Positions 20,298-29,100 of a stretch of 64,000 nt of DNA are shown piece by piece. Source of the DNA: Polyangiaceae bacterium (GTDB lineage Bacteria > Myxococcota_A > Polyangia > Polyangiales > Polyangiaceae); the NCBI GenBank assembly GCA_965222375.1, contig CBDCTZ010000016.1, positions 1,984,001 through 2,048,000 of the forward strand, read 5' to 3'. The notes beneath the pieces were generated by a model. The model did no database searches, was not told the DNA's origin, and saw only the letters and a list, made by a program, of their open reading frames with translations. Numbering within the stretch: the stretch's first letter is position 1; the number at the start of each line of letters is the position of its first letter. Both the position numbers and the translations under genes were made by a program.

Positions 20298-22637
20298 CTA
20301 GCGACTTCGCGCAGCCGCTGTCATCCCTTGCTCGGCGATGGGGCGCACCAAGTCTGCTGGCGCAATGAGCCAGGTTGGCTCCGCGACGTCTTGGGTTCGG
20401 TAGAAGCCGCCACAGAACACCCGGCGTGGGCATGGAGCGCATTCTTCGCGGAACTCTCGCTCGCTCTTCAGGTATTCGAACAAATTCACTTCTTCGTTGT
20501 CCACGAAGATCATGTGGCGCTCCAGCTTCATCATGTCGCCCACCACGAATTGCTCGTACCCGGGGAAGAAACACCAAGGCGCGTTGATGACAGCTAGTTT
20601 CATCTTGTCGCCATAGGCATCCAACACGCGCATGGTCTCCGCGGCCGCAGCTTTCTCATCGGGTGCCACCGTATTCGTGGCTCGGCCAAAGGGCGTGAGA
20701 AACTGGATGTTGAGCCAGTTCAAACCCAGGGACTGAACAAGCTCGGCGATGTCCATCAAGTGGCGATGATTCGAGAGGGTGACCGTGACGTTGGCACCGA
20801 GTTCCAGCGCGGGGCCGGCGTGGCGCTGGATGTTGGCAATCCCCTCTAGAGTTTGGTCGAAGGCTTCGGCGACACCAACGTTTGCCGCGTGGAGCCACGC
20901 TGTGTGCCCGTGCAGGCTGAAGAGGACGCTCGTCACGCCGCTCTTGCACAACTCTTTGGCGTACTCGGGGTATGCCGCCATGCGGCCGTTGGTCGTCACG
21001 TTCACTTTTTCGTAGCCGGCTTGACGTGCGAATCGGATCAGCGACAGCAGGCGAGGGTTCAGAGTCGGCTCGCCGCCGTCGAGATCGAGCAGCGTGACGC
21101 CGGCTTTGCGGTACTTGATCAACAGTTGTCGCTGCCGCTCGAAGTTGCCATCCAGCTGCGTACGCGTACCGACGGCGCAGAATGTGCAGTGGTTGTTGCA
21201 GCGATAGGTGACGTTCAGGATAGCCTTTTTTGGGCCTCCAGATGCCACGAGCCAGAGGTCGAAGGTCTGCTTGAAAGCCCGAAGGACACTTGGTGCGACG
21301 CACACGCTACTTGGGCTTGGGACTTGCTGGAAGCGTGGTCCCCAGTCTTTCACGACCTCTAGGGATCTTCTGCCGGGCGAGCTGAGCTGGGCTAGGCGAG
21401 TGCCTGCCAGAGGAGTCGCGAATTGAACGCTCGGGAAAGCACCGAAGCGTTCCTTGAGGGAGCGCGCGTATTCGAGGGTGCTGTTGATCTCGCTGGCGCG
21501 TTCACCGGGCAACCCGATCATGAAATGAACCAGCGTCGGCAGTTTTCGCTGCTGTGCTCCGCTGCACACCCGGTCGATGTTGGAAAGCTCCAGCTGTTTT
21601 TGGACGATCTCGTCGAGCACGCGCTGAACGCCACTTTCGGCGCTGATGCTCACTGTGGTGCTGCGACGGGCGAGAACGTCCAGGTGCTGGTCGAGCACGT
21701 AGTCGGCTCTGAGGCCATTGGGGATCTCGAGGGCGAGGTCCTGGGCGTCCAATGCCTCGAGCAATCCGTCGAAGTGGGCTTCGCCGACGTTGGCGAGTTC
21801 GTCCAAGACGATTGCCTTCTGCGCGCCGAGCTGTCGCAGGGCATCGAGGTGTTCCTTCAGGCGCGCGGGATCGAGCCGGCGTTGGCGCTTGGGAGTGTCC
21901 TCGCGGCGCCCTGGATTCGACGAGCAATGGATGCAGCGAAAGGGGCAGCCTCGGCTGGTCAACAGGGGCAGAGCACGTCCGGTAATCGGAAACGCCCAAC
22001 GGGTTCGGCCCAAGCGCGAGGCGACGCTCTCGTGGAACTGAAAGTAGGCCTCGACGTCCACTAGATCCCAAGCCGGCAGGGGGAGCCCGCTCAGGTCTTC
22101 AACTTCGCCGCCGTCTCGGACCAGCGGCGCGCTGGGGCGGCCGCTGGCGAGCTCGGTAGCCAGGTTGAAAAGCGCGTCTTCCGCCTCGTGTTTCAGAAGC
22201 GCATCGGCCATCGGATACTGCTCCAACAGTCCCTCGGAGTCATAGCTCACGTAGTGCTGGCCGGATTGATACAGGTCGGCCAGGAGGATAGGCAGTTCCG
22301 GGCGTCCGGCTCGACACGTCTTCAGCAACTCCAGCAAGAGAGGAGCCGCAAGGGGAGGGCGATGAAACGGAGACAGCTGGGCGACTAGCACGTCTGCATT
22401 GTGGACGGCAGCTTGCAGTGCGGATGCCACACGTGCCTCGGCGGCGCCTAGCACGACCTCGTCGTCGACATGCTCCAGGGTCGCGCCGGGTATAGCCAGC
22501 GCGTCTACGACCTGCACTCGGGCGCCCTGCGCTCGCAGACACGCTGCGGCTTGTACCGCCCCGAGATCGGCGAAATAGGGATAGTCGATGAAGTCCCGCG
22601 AAACACGGAGCGACGAGAAAAGAACCACCACGTGCAT
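20298..22637 (-). CDS. Double radical SAM protein: B12-binding (class B-like) rSAM fused to a C-terminal HxsC-like rSAM
   Basis: LPLPAWDL...TSRGCPFRCIHC, ESGVQRVL, FMIGLPGE; second domain CNNHCTFC, GGEPT, TTNG, APWC, and C-terminal CAPCPRRVFCGG. Confidence 0.88.
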   Translation of the reverse strand: MHVVVLFSSLRVSRDFIDYPYFADLGAVQAAACLRAQGARVQVVDALAIPGATLEHVDDEVVLGAAEARVASALQAAVHNADVLVAQLSPFHRPPLAAPLLLELLKTCRAGRPELPILLADLYQSGQHYVSYDSEGLLEQYPMADALLKHEAEDALFNLATELASGRPSAPLVRDGGEVEDLSGLPLPAWDLVDVEAYFQFHESVASRLGRTRWAFPITGRALPLLTSRGCPFRCIHCSSNPGRREDTPKRQRRLDPARLKEHLDALRQLGAQKAIVLDELANVGEAHFDGLLEALDAQDLALEIPNGLRADYVLDQHLDVLARRSTTVSISAESGVQRVLDEIVQKQLELSNIDRVCSGAQQRKLPTLVHFMIGLPGERASEINSTLEYARSLKERFGAFPSVQFATPLAGTRLAQLSSPGRRSLEVVKDWGPRFQQVPSPSSVCVAPSVLRAFKQTFDLWLVASGGPKKAILNVTYRCNNHCTFCAVGTRTQLDGNFERQRQLLIKYRKAGVTLLDLDGGEPTLNPRLLSLIRFARQAGYEKVNVTTNGRMAAYPEYAKELCKSGVTSVLFSLHGHTAWLHAANVGVAEAFDQTLEGIANIQRHAGPALELGANVTVTLSNHRHLMDIAELVQSLGLNWLNIQFLTPFGRATNTVAPDEKAAAAETMRVLDAYGDKMKLAVINAPWCFFPGYEQFVVGDMMKLERHMIFVDNEEVNLFEYLKSEREFREECAPCPRRVFCGGFYRTQDVAEPTWLIAPADLVRPIAEQGMTAAARSR

Positions 22638-22744
22638 CGCGTCAGAAACAAGTGTTGCGCGAAGCTAGCGGGATTACCAGGCGAGGCCCCTGCGCGGCGC
22701 TTCCTACTTGACCCAGCGGGCCTGAGACGCATCAAATGCCCGCC

Positions 22745-23428
22745 ATGACGCGGGTCGTCCCCCTTCGCCCGAGCCACTTGCGAGGTCGTGCCCTTTGCGC
22801 CTCTGCCGCTGTGGTTTCGTGTCTGTGCTTTGGGGTGGCAAGCGTCCAGGCGCAGCCCGCGGAAAAGGACGACGAGGGCTCCTACATACCCGAGTACGAA
22901 CGGCGTAGTGATTTCGCAGGCGGCGTGTCCCTCAGCATCGCCGCGGCCTCCGCGAGTGGCTATCCCAACGAAGCCGGCAAGCTCGACAACCCGGCTTTCG
23001 TGGCGGATCCGGGAGTTGGAGTGGGAAGCTACTTTGCGGTTTGGGTAGGCGGTGCGCTGCGCGACTGGTTCACTTTCGGTCTCGGGCTCGCTGGCTTCGG
23101 TTACGAAGCCAATGGGCTTCAGACCACGGGCTCGGGCTTCATCGTCCGCGTCGAGACCTTTCCCATGTTCTATGCCTTCGAGGAGGGCCGCGACATCGGT
23201 GTGTATGGAACTTTCGGTCTCGGGTCGGCGAAGATCAAAGACGACGACGACGACCGCGCGGATGGGGGTGCAGTGAGCATCGTGGGCTTTGGTGTGTTCT
23301 ACGAACCATTGCGCTTCGGAAAGTTTTCGGCAGGTCCCACTGTGGAGTACACGCGCATCTTCAGTCAGAGCATGGACATGCAGTCCGCGAGTGCAGGCTT
23401 TCGCCTGGCGGTCTACGCCGGGCCCTGA
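22745..23428 (+). CDS. Exported beta-strand-rich (outer-membrane barrel-like) hypothetical protein
   Basis: Signal peptide ending SVQA; alternating hydrophobic strands; terminal GFRLAVY. Confidence 0.6.
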   Translation: MTRVVPLRPSHLRGRALCASAAVVSCLCFGVASVQAQPAEKDDEGSYIPEYERRSDFAGGVSLSIAAASASGYPNEAGKLDNPAFVADPGVGVGSYFAVWVGGALRDWFTFGLGLAGFGYEANGLQTTGSGFIVRVETFPMFYAFEEGRDIGVYGTFGLGSAKIKDDDDDRADGGAVSIVGFGVFYEPLRFGKFSAGPTVEYTRIFSQSMDMQSASAGFRLAVYAGP

Positions 23429-23541
23429 GTGACTTGCGACCAGCCCATGAGTGGAGCTGGTTTGGTTTGGTCGCGGGTTGGTCCGGCACTCGAACCCTAA
23501 TCCCGCCTTTGCACACAGCGTGGCGATTCCAAAGCAGGCGT

Positions 23542-24411
23542 TTACTGGCGCCAAACCCCGCTGACCACGCGATCGCGCTTTCCGTAGTCACGGCGGAGTC
23601 GGACTTCGTCGAAACCGCGCTCCTGGAACAACGACTGTACCTTCTGCCCGTGGTCGAATTGGATCTCGACCGCGAGGATGCCACCGTCAACCAGCCGCTC
23701 CGGAGCGTCAGCAACCAGGCGCCGCAGTATGTCGAGACCGTCGGAGCCGCCGTCGAGGGCGGATCGGGGTTCGAACTTCGATACACCCGCGTCGAGCCCC
23801 GGGATGTCCGCGCTCGGGATGTAGGGCGGGTTGGCGACCACAGCATCGAAGCGACGCCCAGCCGGCACTGCGGAAAAGAGATCCCCAGCGCGGAACTCGA
23901 CTTGATGCACGACGCCGAGATTCAGTGCGTTATGCCGTGCCACTTCCAGGGCGGCCTCGGAATTGTCCGTCGCCAGCACTTTCCAGGTGCGCCTCGTGCG
24001 TGCGAAGGCGATAGCTACGCAGCCCGAACCCGTACATAGATCCAACAGGTGCCCAAGCATGGATCGCGCTTCGGTGCGCTCGAGAGCCTCTTCGACGAGG
24101 GTTTCTGTATCCGGACGCGGGATCAGCACCGCCGGTGTGACGCGAAAGGGCAGTCCGTAGAATTCGCGCTCTCCCAAGATGTAAGAGATGGGCTCTCCCC
24201 CGCGCCGGCGCTTGATCTGCTCGCGAAAGGTCGTCAGCTCCTCAGCCGCTAGGGGCCGCTCGCGTTCCATGATTAGCTGGATGCGATTCAAGGACAGGGT
24301 CTGGCCCAAAAGCAGCTCTGCTTCCAGCCGTGGGCTATCGATGCCACGAGCGCGGAAGTCTTGAGTCGCCCACTGCACGACGCGGTCGATCGTCCACGCT
24401 TCGTTCGCCAC
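23542..24411 (-). CDS. prmC: Peptide chain release factor N5-glutamine methyltransferase
   Basis: LIPRPDTE, LDLCTGSGC, ANPPYI, EPRSALDGGSDGL; probable GTG start at 24411. Confidence 0.93.
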   Translation of the reverse strand: MANEAWTIDRVVQWATQDFRARGIDSPRLEAELLLGQTLSLNRIQLIMERERPLAAEELTTFREQIKRRRGGEPISYILGEREFYGLPFRVTPAVLIPRPDTETLVEEALERTEARSMLGHLLDLCTGSGCVAIAFARTRRTWKVLATDNSEAALEVARHNALNLGVVHQVEFRAGDLFSAVPAGRRFDAVVANPPYIPSADIPGLDAGVSKFEPRSALDGGSDGLDILRRLVADAPERLVDGGILAVEIQFDHGQKVQSLFQERGFDEVRLRRDYGKRDRVVSGVWRQ

Positions 24412-24425
24412 GGAAGTCAGCTGTC

Positions 24426-25802
24426 TCAAGAGAGCGCGCTCAGTGCGCTCTTCACGCTGCTCTCGACCTCGGCTCGGACTTCGTCGAGCCGCTGTTGCGT
24501 GGGCGCTTCGAAGCGGAGCACGATGATGGGACCCGTATTCGAGGCACGAGCCAGTGCCCAGGCGCCGTCCCCGTAGGTGATGCGTACGCCGTCGATCTCC
24601 GACAGCTGCCCCTTCCCTCGTAGGGATGACTTGACCTGCTCCACGACTTTGAACTTGAGGTGGTCCGGACAAGCCGCGCGGATTTCCGGCGTACTGATCC
24701 CCGCCGGCAGGTCCGCGAGCAACTCCTTCACGGTCTTGCCGGTCCTGCTCAGGATTTCCACCAAGCGCAAGGCGGCATAGATCGCGTCATCGAAGCCGTA
24801 GTAGCGATCTGCGAAGAAGAAGTGCCCGCTCATCTCGCCCGCAAGCAAGGCCCCTTCCTGCTTCATCTTCGTCTTGATCAGGGAATGCCCCGTTTTCCAC
24901 ATGATGGGGCGTCCACCATGTTTGGAGATGTCGGCGAAGGTGTTGTGGGAGCACTTCACTTCGCCGATCACGGCCGCTCCCGGGTTGTCCTCCAGCACGG
25001 ACCGAGCGAAAAGCGCCAGTAGCCGGTCTCCCCACACGATTTCGCCGCTTGCATCGACGACTCCCACGCGATCCCCGTCACCGTCGAAGGCGATGCCTAC
25101 TCGAGCGCCCTCCTTCTTCACGGTTTTGATCAGGGTCTCCAGGTTCTTCGGAACCGTCGGGTCGGGGTGATGGTTTGGAAAGGAGCCGTCCATGTCACAG
25201 AAGAGGGGGATCGGGTCCAACCCGACGTGCCGGAAAGCGCGGACGCCCAGCGGCCCCGCTGCGCCGTTCCCGGCGTCGAGCACGACGCGCATGCTGTCGT
25301 CGCGGATGCTCACGCTGTCTCGGAGTTTGTTGAGGTATTCATCTTCGATCGGGATCGTCTGCAGCGACCCTCGCGGGCCCACCGGCGGAGTGTTGCTGTC
25401 GACTCTTTCGCGCAGCTTCTGAATGTCCTCACCGAAGAAGGACGCTTTGCCGCGCATGATCTTGAAGCCGTTGTCTTCACCGGGGTTGTGGCTACCCGTG
25501 ATCATGATGCCGCCGTCGGCGTCCAGATAGTGTACGCCGAAGTACAGTAGTGGCGTGGGTCCCAGACCGACGTCGATGGCATTGGCACCTCCGTCCACCA
25601 ATCCTTGCATCAGGGCCTCGAATAGCCGCGGCCCTGACTTCCTGCAGTCCCGTGCGACCACCAGTCGCGGCGGCTCGTTTTCCTTGCCGTCGGGGCGGAG
25701 CATGCGCGCTAGCCCGACACCCAGGGAGCGCACCAGGGGGTCGGTCAAGTCTCGATCCGCCACGCCGCGGATGTCGTACTCGCGAAAGACATGGGCAGTC
25801 AT
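24426..25802 (-). CDS. Phosphomannomutase/phosphoglucomutase
   Basis: FREYDIRG, ITGSHNP, FDGDGDR, GEMSGH, RASNT. Confidence 0.95.
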   Translation of the reverse strand: MTAHVFREYDIRGVADRDLTDPLVRSLGVGLARMLRPDGKENEPPRLVVARDCRKSGPRLFEALMQGLVDGGANAIDVGLGPTPLLYFGVHYLDADGGIMITGSHNPGEDNGFKIMRGKASFFGEDIQKLRERVDSNTPPVGPRGSLQTIPIEDEYLNKLRDSVSIRDDSMRVVLDAGNGAAGPLGVRAFRHVGLDPIPLFCDMDGSFPNHHPDPTVPKNLETLIKTVKKEGARVGIAFDGDGDRVGVVDASGEIVWGDRLLALFARSVLEDNPGAAVIGEVKCSHNTFADISKHGGRPIMWKTGHSLIKTKMKQEGALLAGEMSGHFFFADRYYGFDDAIYAALRLVEILSRTGKTVKELLADLPAGISTPEIRAACPDHLKFKVVEQVKSSLRGKGQLSEIDGVRITYGDGAWALARASNTGPIIVLRFEAPTQQRLDEVRAEVESSVKSALSALS

Positions 25803-25863
25803 GGTGGCGGGACCTTAGCGTATTGCGCCCAATTGCACAGTCGCTCCGCGTTTGGCACGGAGG

Positions 25864-26292
25864 CTAGCGCTCGTTCTGGGGCCGATAGGGTCGGGCCGGC
25901 GGAGAACAAGGGATCGGCCGGTTGCAGCGTGCCAGAATTTCCTGGTCGCTCAGGCCTGCTGTTTCGTTCGGATACCAGCGGGGAGGCGTATACAGCAGCG
26001 CGCCCAGCCCTCGCCCAGCCGACCAAGTCAGGCTTGGCGCCGCATAGTAGCAATCCTTCGGAGCCACGACCCATCCACCCGGTTGCCATTCCCAACGCCG
26101 CGCCTCCCAGTGGTAGTAGCCATCGAGCCACACGCAACGCCCGCCAGGATTGGTGCTCACAATTTCCGCGCGAGCCGGTGGTGGTGGGAATTCGGCGCTG
26201 TCGCTAGGCCACGCGTCCAGGTGAGAGCCGCGGGGTGGTCCGATCTTGTCGCGGCTGCACGCAGCCGCGAGCAGTAGCGCGAAGGACGCCAC
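25864..26292 (-). CDS. Small lipoprotein with YXWGXW-like segment
   Basis: Lipobox LAAAC, PPPPARAE, CVWLDGYYHW...WEWQPGGW; GTG start just after the pilD stop. Confidence 0.65.
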   Translation of the reverse strand: MASFALLLAAACSRDKIGPPRGSHLDAWPSDSAEFPPPPARAEIVSTNPGGRCVWLDGYYHWEARRWEWQPGGWVVAPKDCYYAAPSLTWSAGRGLGALLYTPPRWYPNETAGLSDQEILARCNRPIPCSPPARPYRPQNER

Positions 26293-26294
26293 CC

Positions 26295-27263
26295 CTAGAC
26301 CACGAACAACCACTGCCATACTGCCTCTTGGATTTGGGCGCCGAAGAGCAAATATTCGAGCATCGCAACGACTAAGAATGGACCGAAGGGAATGCGAGCG
26401 CGCCCCAGCCCTTTCTCCGGCTCGTAGAAGATCGGATCGGCTTCGAACTCCTCTAACAGTCGCTCCCTCTCTTCCCCCTCGAGGGCTTCTAGCTCGGCGT
26501 GCATGGCTTCTCGTTCCTTGATGACCGCCTCGGGCTCGTCGATCTTGCCGCGGGCGCCCATGACGAGAACGGCGACGGCGGTGCCCTGAACCGCGCCCGC
26601 TAAGAGCGCAAACACGGCGCCGGGCCACCCGAACCACGCGCCTGCGAGCATGGTGAGCTTTGCGTCGCCCAAACCCATGCCGGGTTGGCCTCGAAGTGCC
26701 CGATACAGCACGTCGAAGGGCAGCCAAATCATGACAAAGCCGATCCCAGCACCGATCAGTGAATGCACAAAGGGAACGTCGGGCCGCACCAGGGCTGAAA
26801 GGACACCGACCGCCGTGCCGCCAAAGGTGATCGCGTCGGGAACGAGCATATGCTCCAGGTCGATGAACGCGGCGGCGATCAACGCGAGTGCCAATGCCAG
26901 GTAGAGAGCAAACAAGCCCAGGGCCGAGAGCGCAGGCATGTTGCCTGGCAACGCCATGATGCGGGTTTGGAATACGGCGAAGCCAGCCAAGCCGCCGAGG
27001 GCTTCCACGAGAGGATAGCGTGGGGAGATCTTCGTCTTGCAACAGCGGGACTTACCCAGCAGCAGAATCCACGAAACCACCGGGATGTTGTCGAAGGACC
27101 GAATGGGCTCGCCACAACCTGGGCAGCGGCTGCCGGGGCGCACCACGCTCTGCCCCCGAGGCAGCCGATGAATCACGACATTCAGGAAGCTCCCGAAGGC
27201 CAGGCCCAGGGAGATTGCGACGAACGCCCAGAGTTCATAAGGCAGCTCGGCAAACAGCGGCAC
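26295..27263 (-). CDS. pilD: Type IV prepilin peptidase/N-methyltransferase
   Basis: GSFLNVVIHRLP, SRCPGC, DNIP, FIDLEH, GMGLGDAKL, IPFGPFL. Confidence 0.93.
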   Translation of the reverse strand: MPLFAELPYELWAFVAISLGLAFGSFLNVVIHRLPRGQSVVRPGSRCPGCGEPIRSFDNIPVVSWILLLGKSRCCKTKISPRYPLVEALGGLAGFAVFQTRIMALPGNMPALSALGLFALYLALALALIAAAFIDLEHMLVPDAITFGGTAVGVLSALVRPDVPFVHSLIGAGIGFVMIWLPFDVLYRALRGQPGMGLGDAKLTMLAGAWFGWPGAVFALLAGAVQGTAVAVLVMGARGKIDEPEAVIKEREAMHAELEALEGEERERLLEEFEADPIFYEPEKGLGRARIPFGPFLVVAMLEYLLFGAQIQEAVWQWLFVV

Positions 27264-27313
27264 GGGCCGAGACTAGCCTGGATCCGAGGCGCGTGCGCGC
27301 CTTGCTCCCGCGT

Positions 27314-28687
27314 CTACTGCGCGAGCTGGACATGGAGGCTGGACTTGCCGCCGTCGTCCGCCTGTGCCGTGACGCGTAGTTCCTTCACGCCAACGCTGCC
27401 ACCCGGGGTGAGCGCGTCACTAGCCCTACCGCGGTCCCCTCCTGCCACTTCAGGCTTGGACAGCGCTTGGTCGCTGTCGGCTTCAATCACCTCGACCGGG
27501 CGTATGGCTCCGTCTGGCGAAGCTGCGACGCGATACACGAGAGAGCCGCTTCCGGACGGCCAGCCCGCAGCAGCGTCCCAATGTCGCTGCTCGAGCCAGA
27601 GCTCCTGGCCATTGCCCAGGCTCACGGCGGCGGCGCGCTGCTCACCAAGCAGCAAGTGCTGCTCTCGGAGCGGGCGGCGATCCGGCTGCGACCAGCCCAG
27701 TTGACTCGACGACCACGCGCTGAGGGGTGGCGGCATGCCATCTACCGTCGGGCAATTCCAAGCGCCGCCGGCCATGAGGCCCCAACATCCAAGGACCCAC
27801 TTTCGCTGCTGAGGTTGGTAGCCGAGACTCGTGTCGTACAGATCCGGCAGCCCCAGGGCGTGGCCCAGTTCGTGAGCCAAGACGACGATGGCGTCCTGAG
27901 GGCTCGTGCCGCAGCTTGTGGCACCAGCGAGCAAGTAGTCTTCGACGGAGATGGGCGCCCCAGCAGCACCAATGGTCTTGGTGACCAATGGGCCGCCCCG
28001 CCAGTAGGACAACGTCGATCGATGACCCCACGGGCCGTTGCCGCCGCAGGGCGCCCCCAGTTCCGAGAACAAAACGATGACCAGGTCGACGCGACCGTCG
28101 TCGTCTTGGGAACTCGGAACGCCGTCCAGACCATCGTTGTCGAAGTCGCGAAGATTGGTTTGAGCGGCTGCCTGAAGGATGACGTCTTCGAGGTGCTCGC
28201 CCAACCGTGCGTCACTGCCGAAGCCGTGCTCCGTGCCAAGGGCGTCGCTCATGCTCGTACTCGACCGCAACCAGGGTGTGACCTCGCCTTCGACTGCAAG
28301 GGCGCCCCGAGACTGCTGCTCGTAGAAACGCGCCACTGACTTGATGCCGAACAGGGCGTCTCCGATGCTCTCGCGGCTTGCTCCTGGCGCTGCGGAGTCC
28401 GAAAACAGCGCTGGCACGACCAATACACGCAGCTTCGTCGCTGGCATGTCCGCACTAAACGCGAGCTGCGGAGAAGCGGCGCGCGGTTTGCGTCTTGCGA
28501 AGCCGATGCTTCGCCCGGCGCGGTGCGCGGGAACGACGAATGCGGCTGCGCCCGGGTTCGTGGTGCCGGCCTCAAAGGCCACTGGCGCCTGAGGCGTGGG
28601 CCGCTGCGCGAGTGGATCGGCTTCCGGCGCCGCACCGGAACAGGCGGCGCAGGCACCACCCAGCACGAGCAAGGATGCGCGCCTCAT
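27314..28687 (-). CDS. M6 family (immune inhibitor A-like) metalloprotease lipoprotein
   Basis: Lipobox, DFDNDG..DDDGRVD, HELGHALGLPDLYD, WGLMAGGAW, SAWSSSQLGW. Confidence 0.85.
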   Translation of the reverse strand: MRRASLLVLGGACAACSGAAPEADPLAQRPTPQAPVAFEAGTTNPGAAAFVVPAHRAGRSIGFARRKPRAASPQLAFSADMPATKLRVLVVPALFSDSAAPGASRESIGDALFGIKSVARFYEQQSRGALAVEGEVTPWLRSSTSMSDALGTEHGFGSDARLGEHLEDVILQAAAQTNLRDFDNDGLDGVPSSQDDDGRVDLVIVLFSELGAPCGGNGPWGHRSTLSYWRGGPLVTKTIGAAGAPISVEDYLLAGATSCGTSPQDAIVVLAHELGHALGLPDLYDTSLGYQPQQRKWVLGCWGLMAGGAWNCPTVDGMPPPLSAWSSSQLGWSQPDRRPLREQHLLLGEQRAAAVSLGNGQELWLEQRHWDAAAGWPSGSGSLVYRVAASPDGAIRPVEVIEADSDQALSKPEVAGGDRGRASDALTPGGSVGVKELRVTAQADDGGKSSLHVQLAQ

Positions 28688-28735
28688 GACTACCAGATGT
28701 ACCGCAGGCTCAACCTTGCCGCCAGCTTTCGCCGT

Positions 28736-28996
28736 TCACTCCAGCCCAAGTAGCTCGTCGAGTTGCCCACTTCGATCCATGGCCATCAGCTCGTCACAGC
28801 CACCAATGGGCGCGTCATTAATGAAGATTTGAGGCACCGTGCGCTGGCCGGACACCTGCCGCAGCCAGCGCCGACGCTCCACGTCGCTGGTGACGTCAAT
28901 CTGCTCGAAAGCCACGCCCTTCTCTCGCAACAGCCCTTCTGCCCGCACGCAAAACGGGCACCAAGGCGTTCGATACATGACGACTCTGGTCGGCAA
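28736..28996 (-). CDS. grxC: Glutaredoxin 3
   Basis: CPFC, RTVPQIFI, IGGCDEL; start uncertain (TTG 28996 assumed). Confidence 0.88.
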   Translation of the reverse strand: MPTRVVMYRTPWCPFCVRAEGLLREKGVAFEQIDVTSDVERRRWLRQVSGQRTVPQIFINDAPIGGCDELMAMDRSGQLDELLGLE

Positions 28997-29100
28997 ACTA
29001 GCGGATAATCTAGGTTTTTTTCCTGGGGCCGCCAGTCCCCAGGTCACAAATACTTCCGGCGGGTTCAAAACGGCGCCTGTCCATGTAGCGTGCTCTGGCT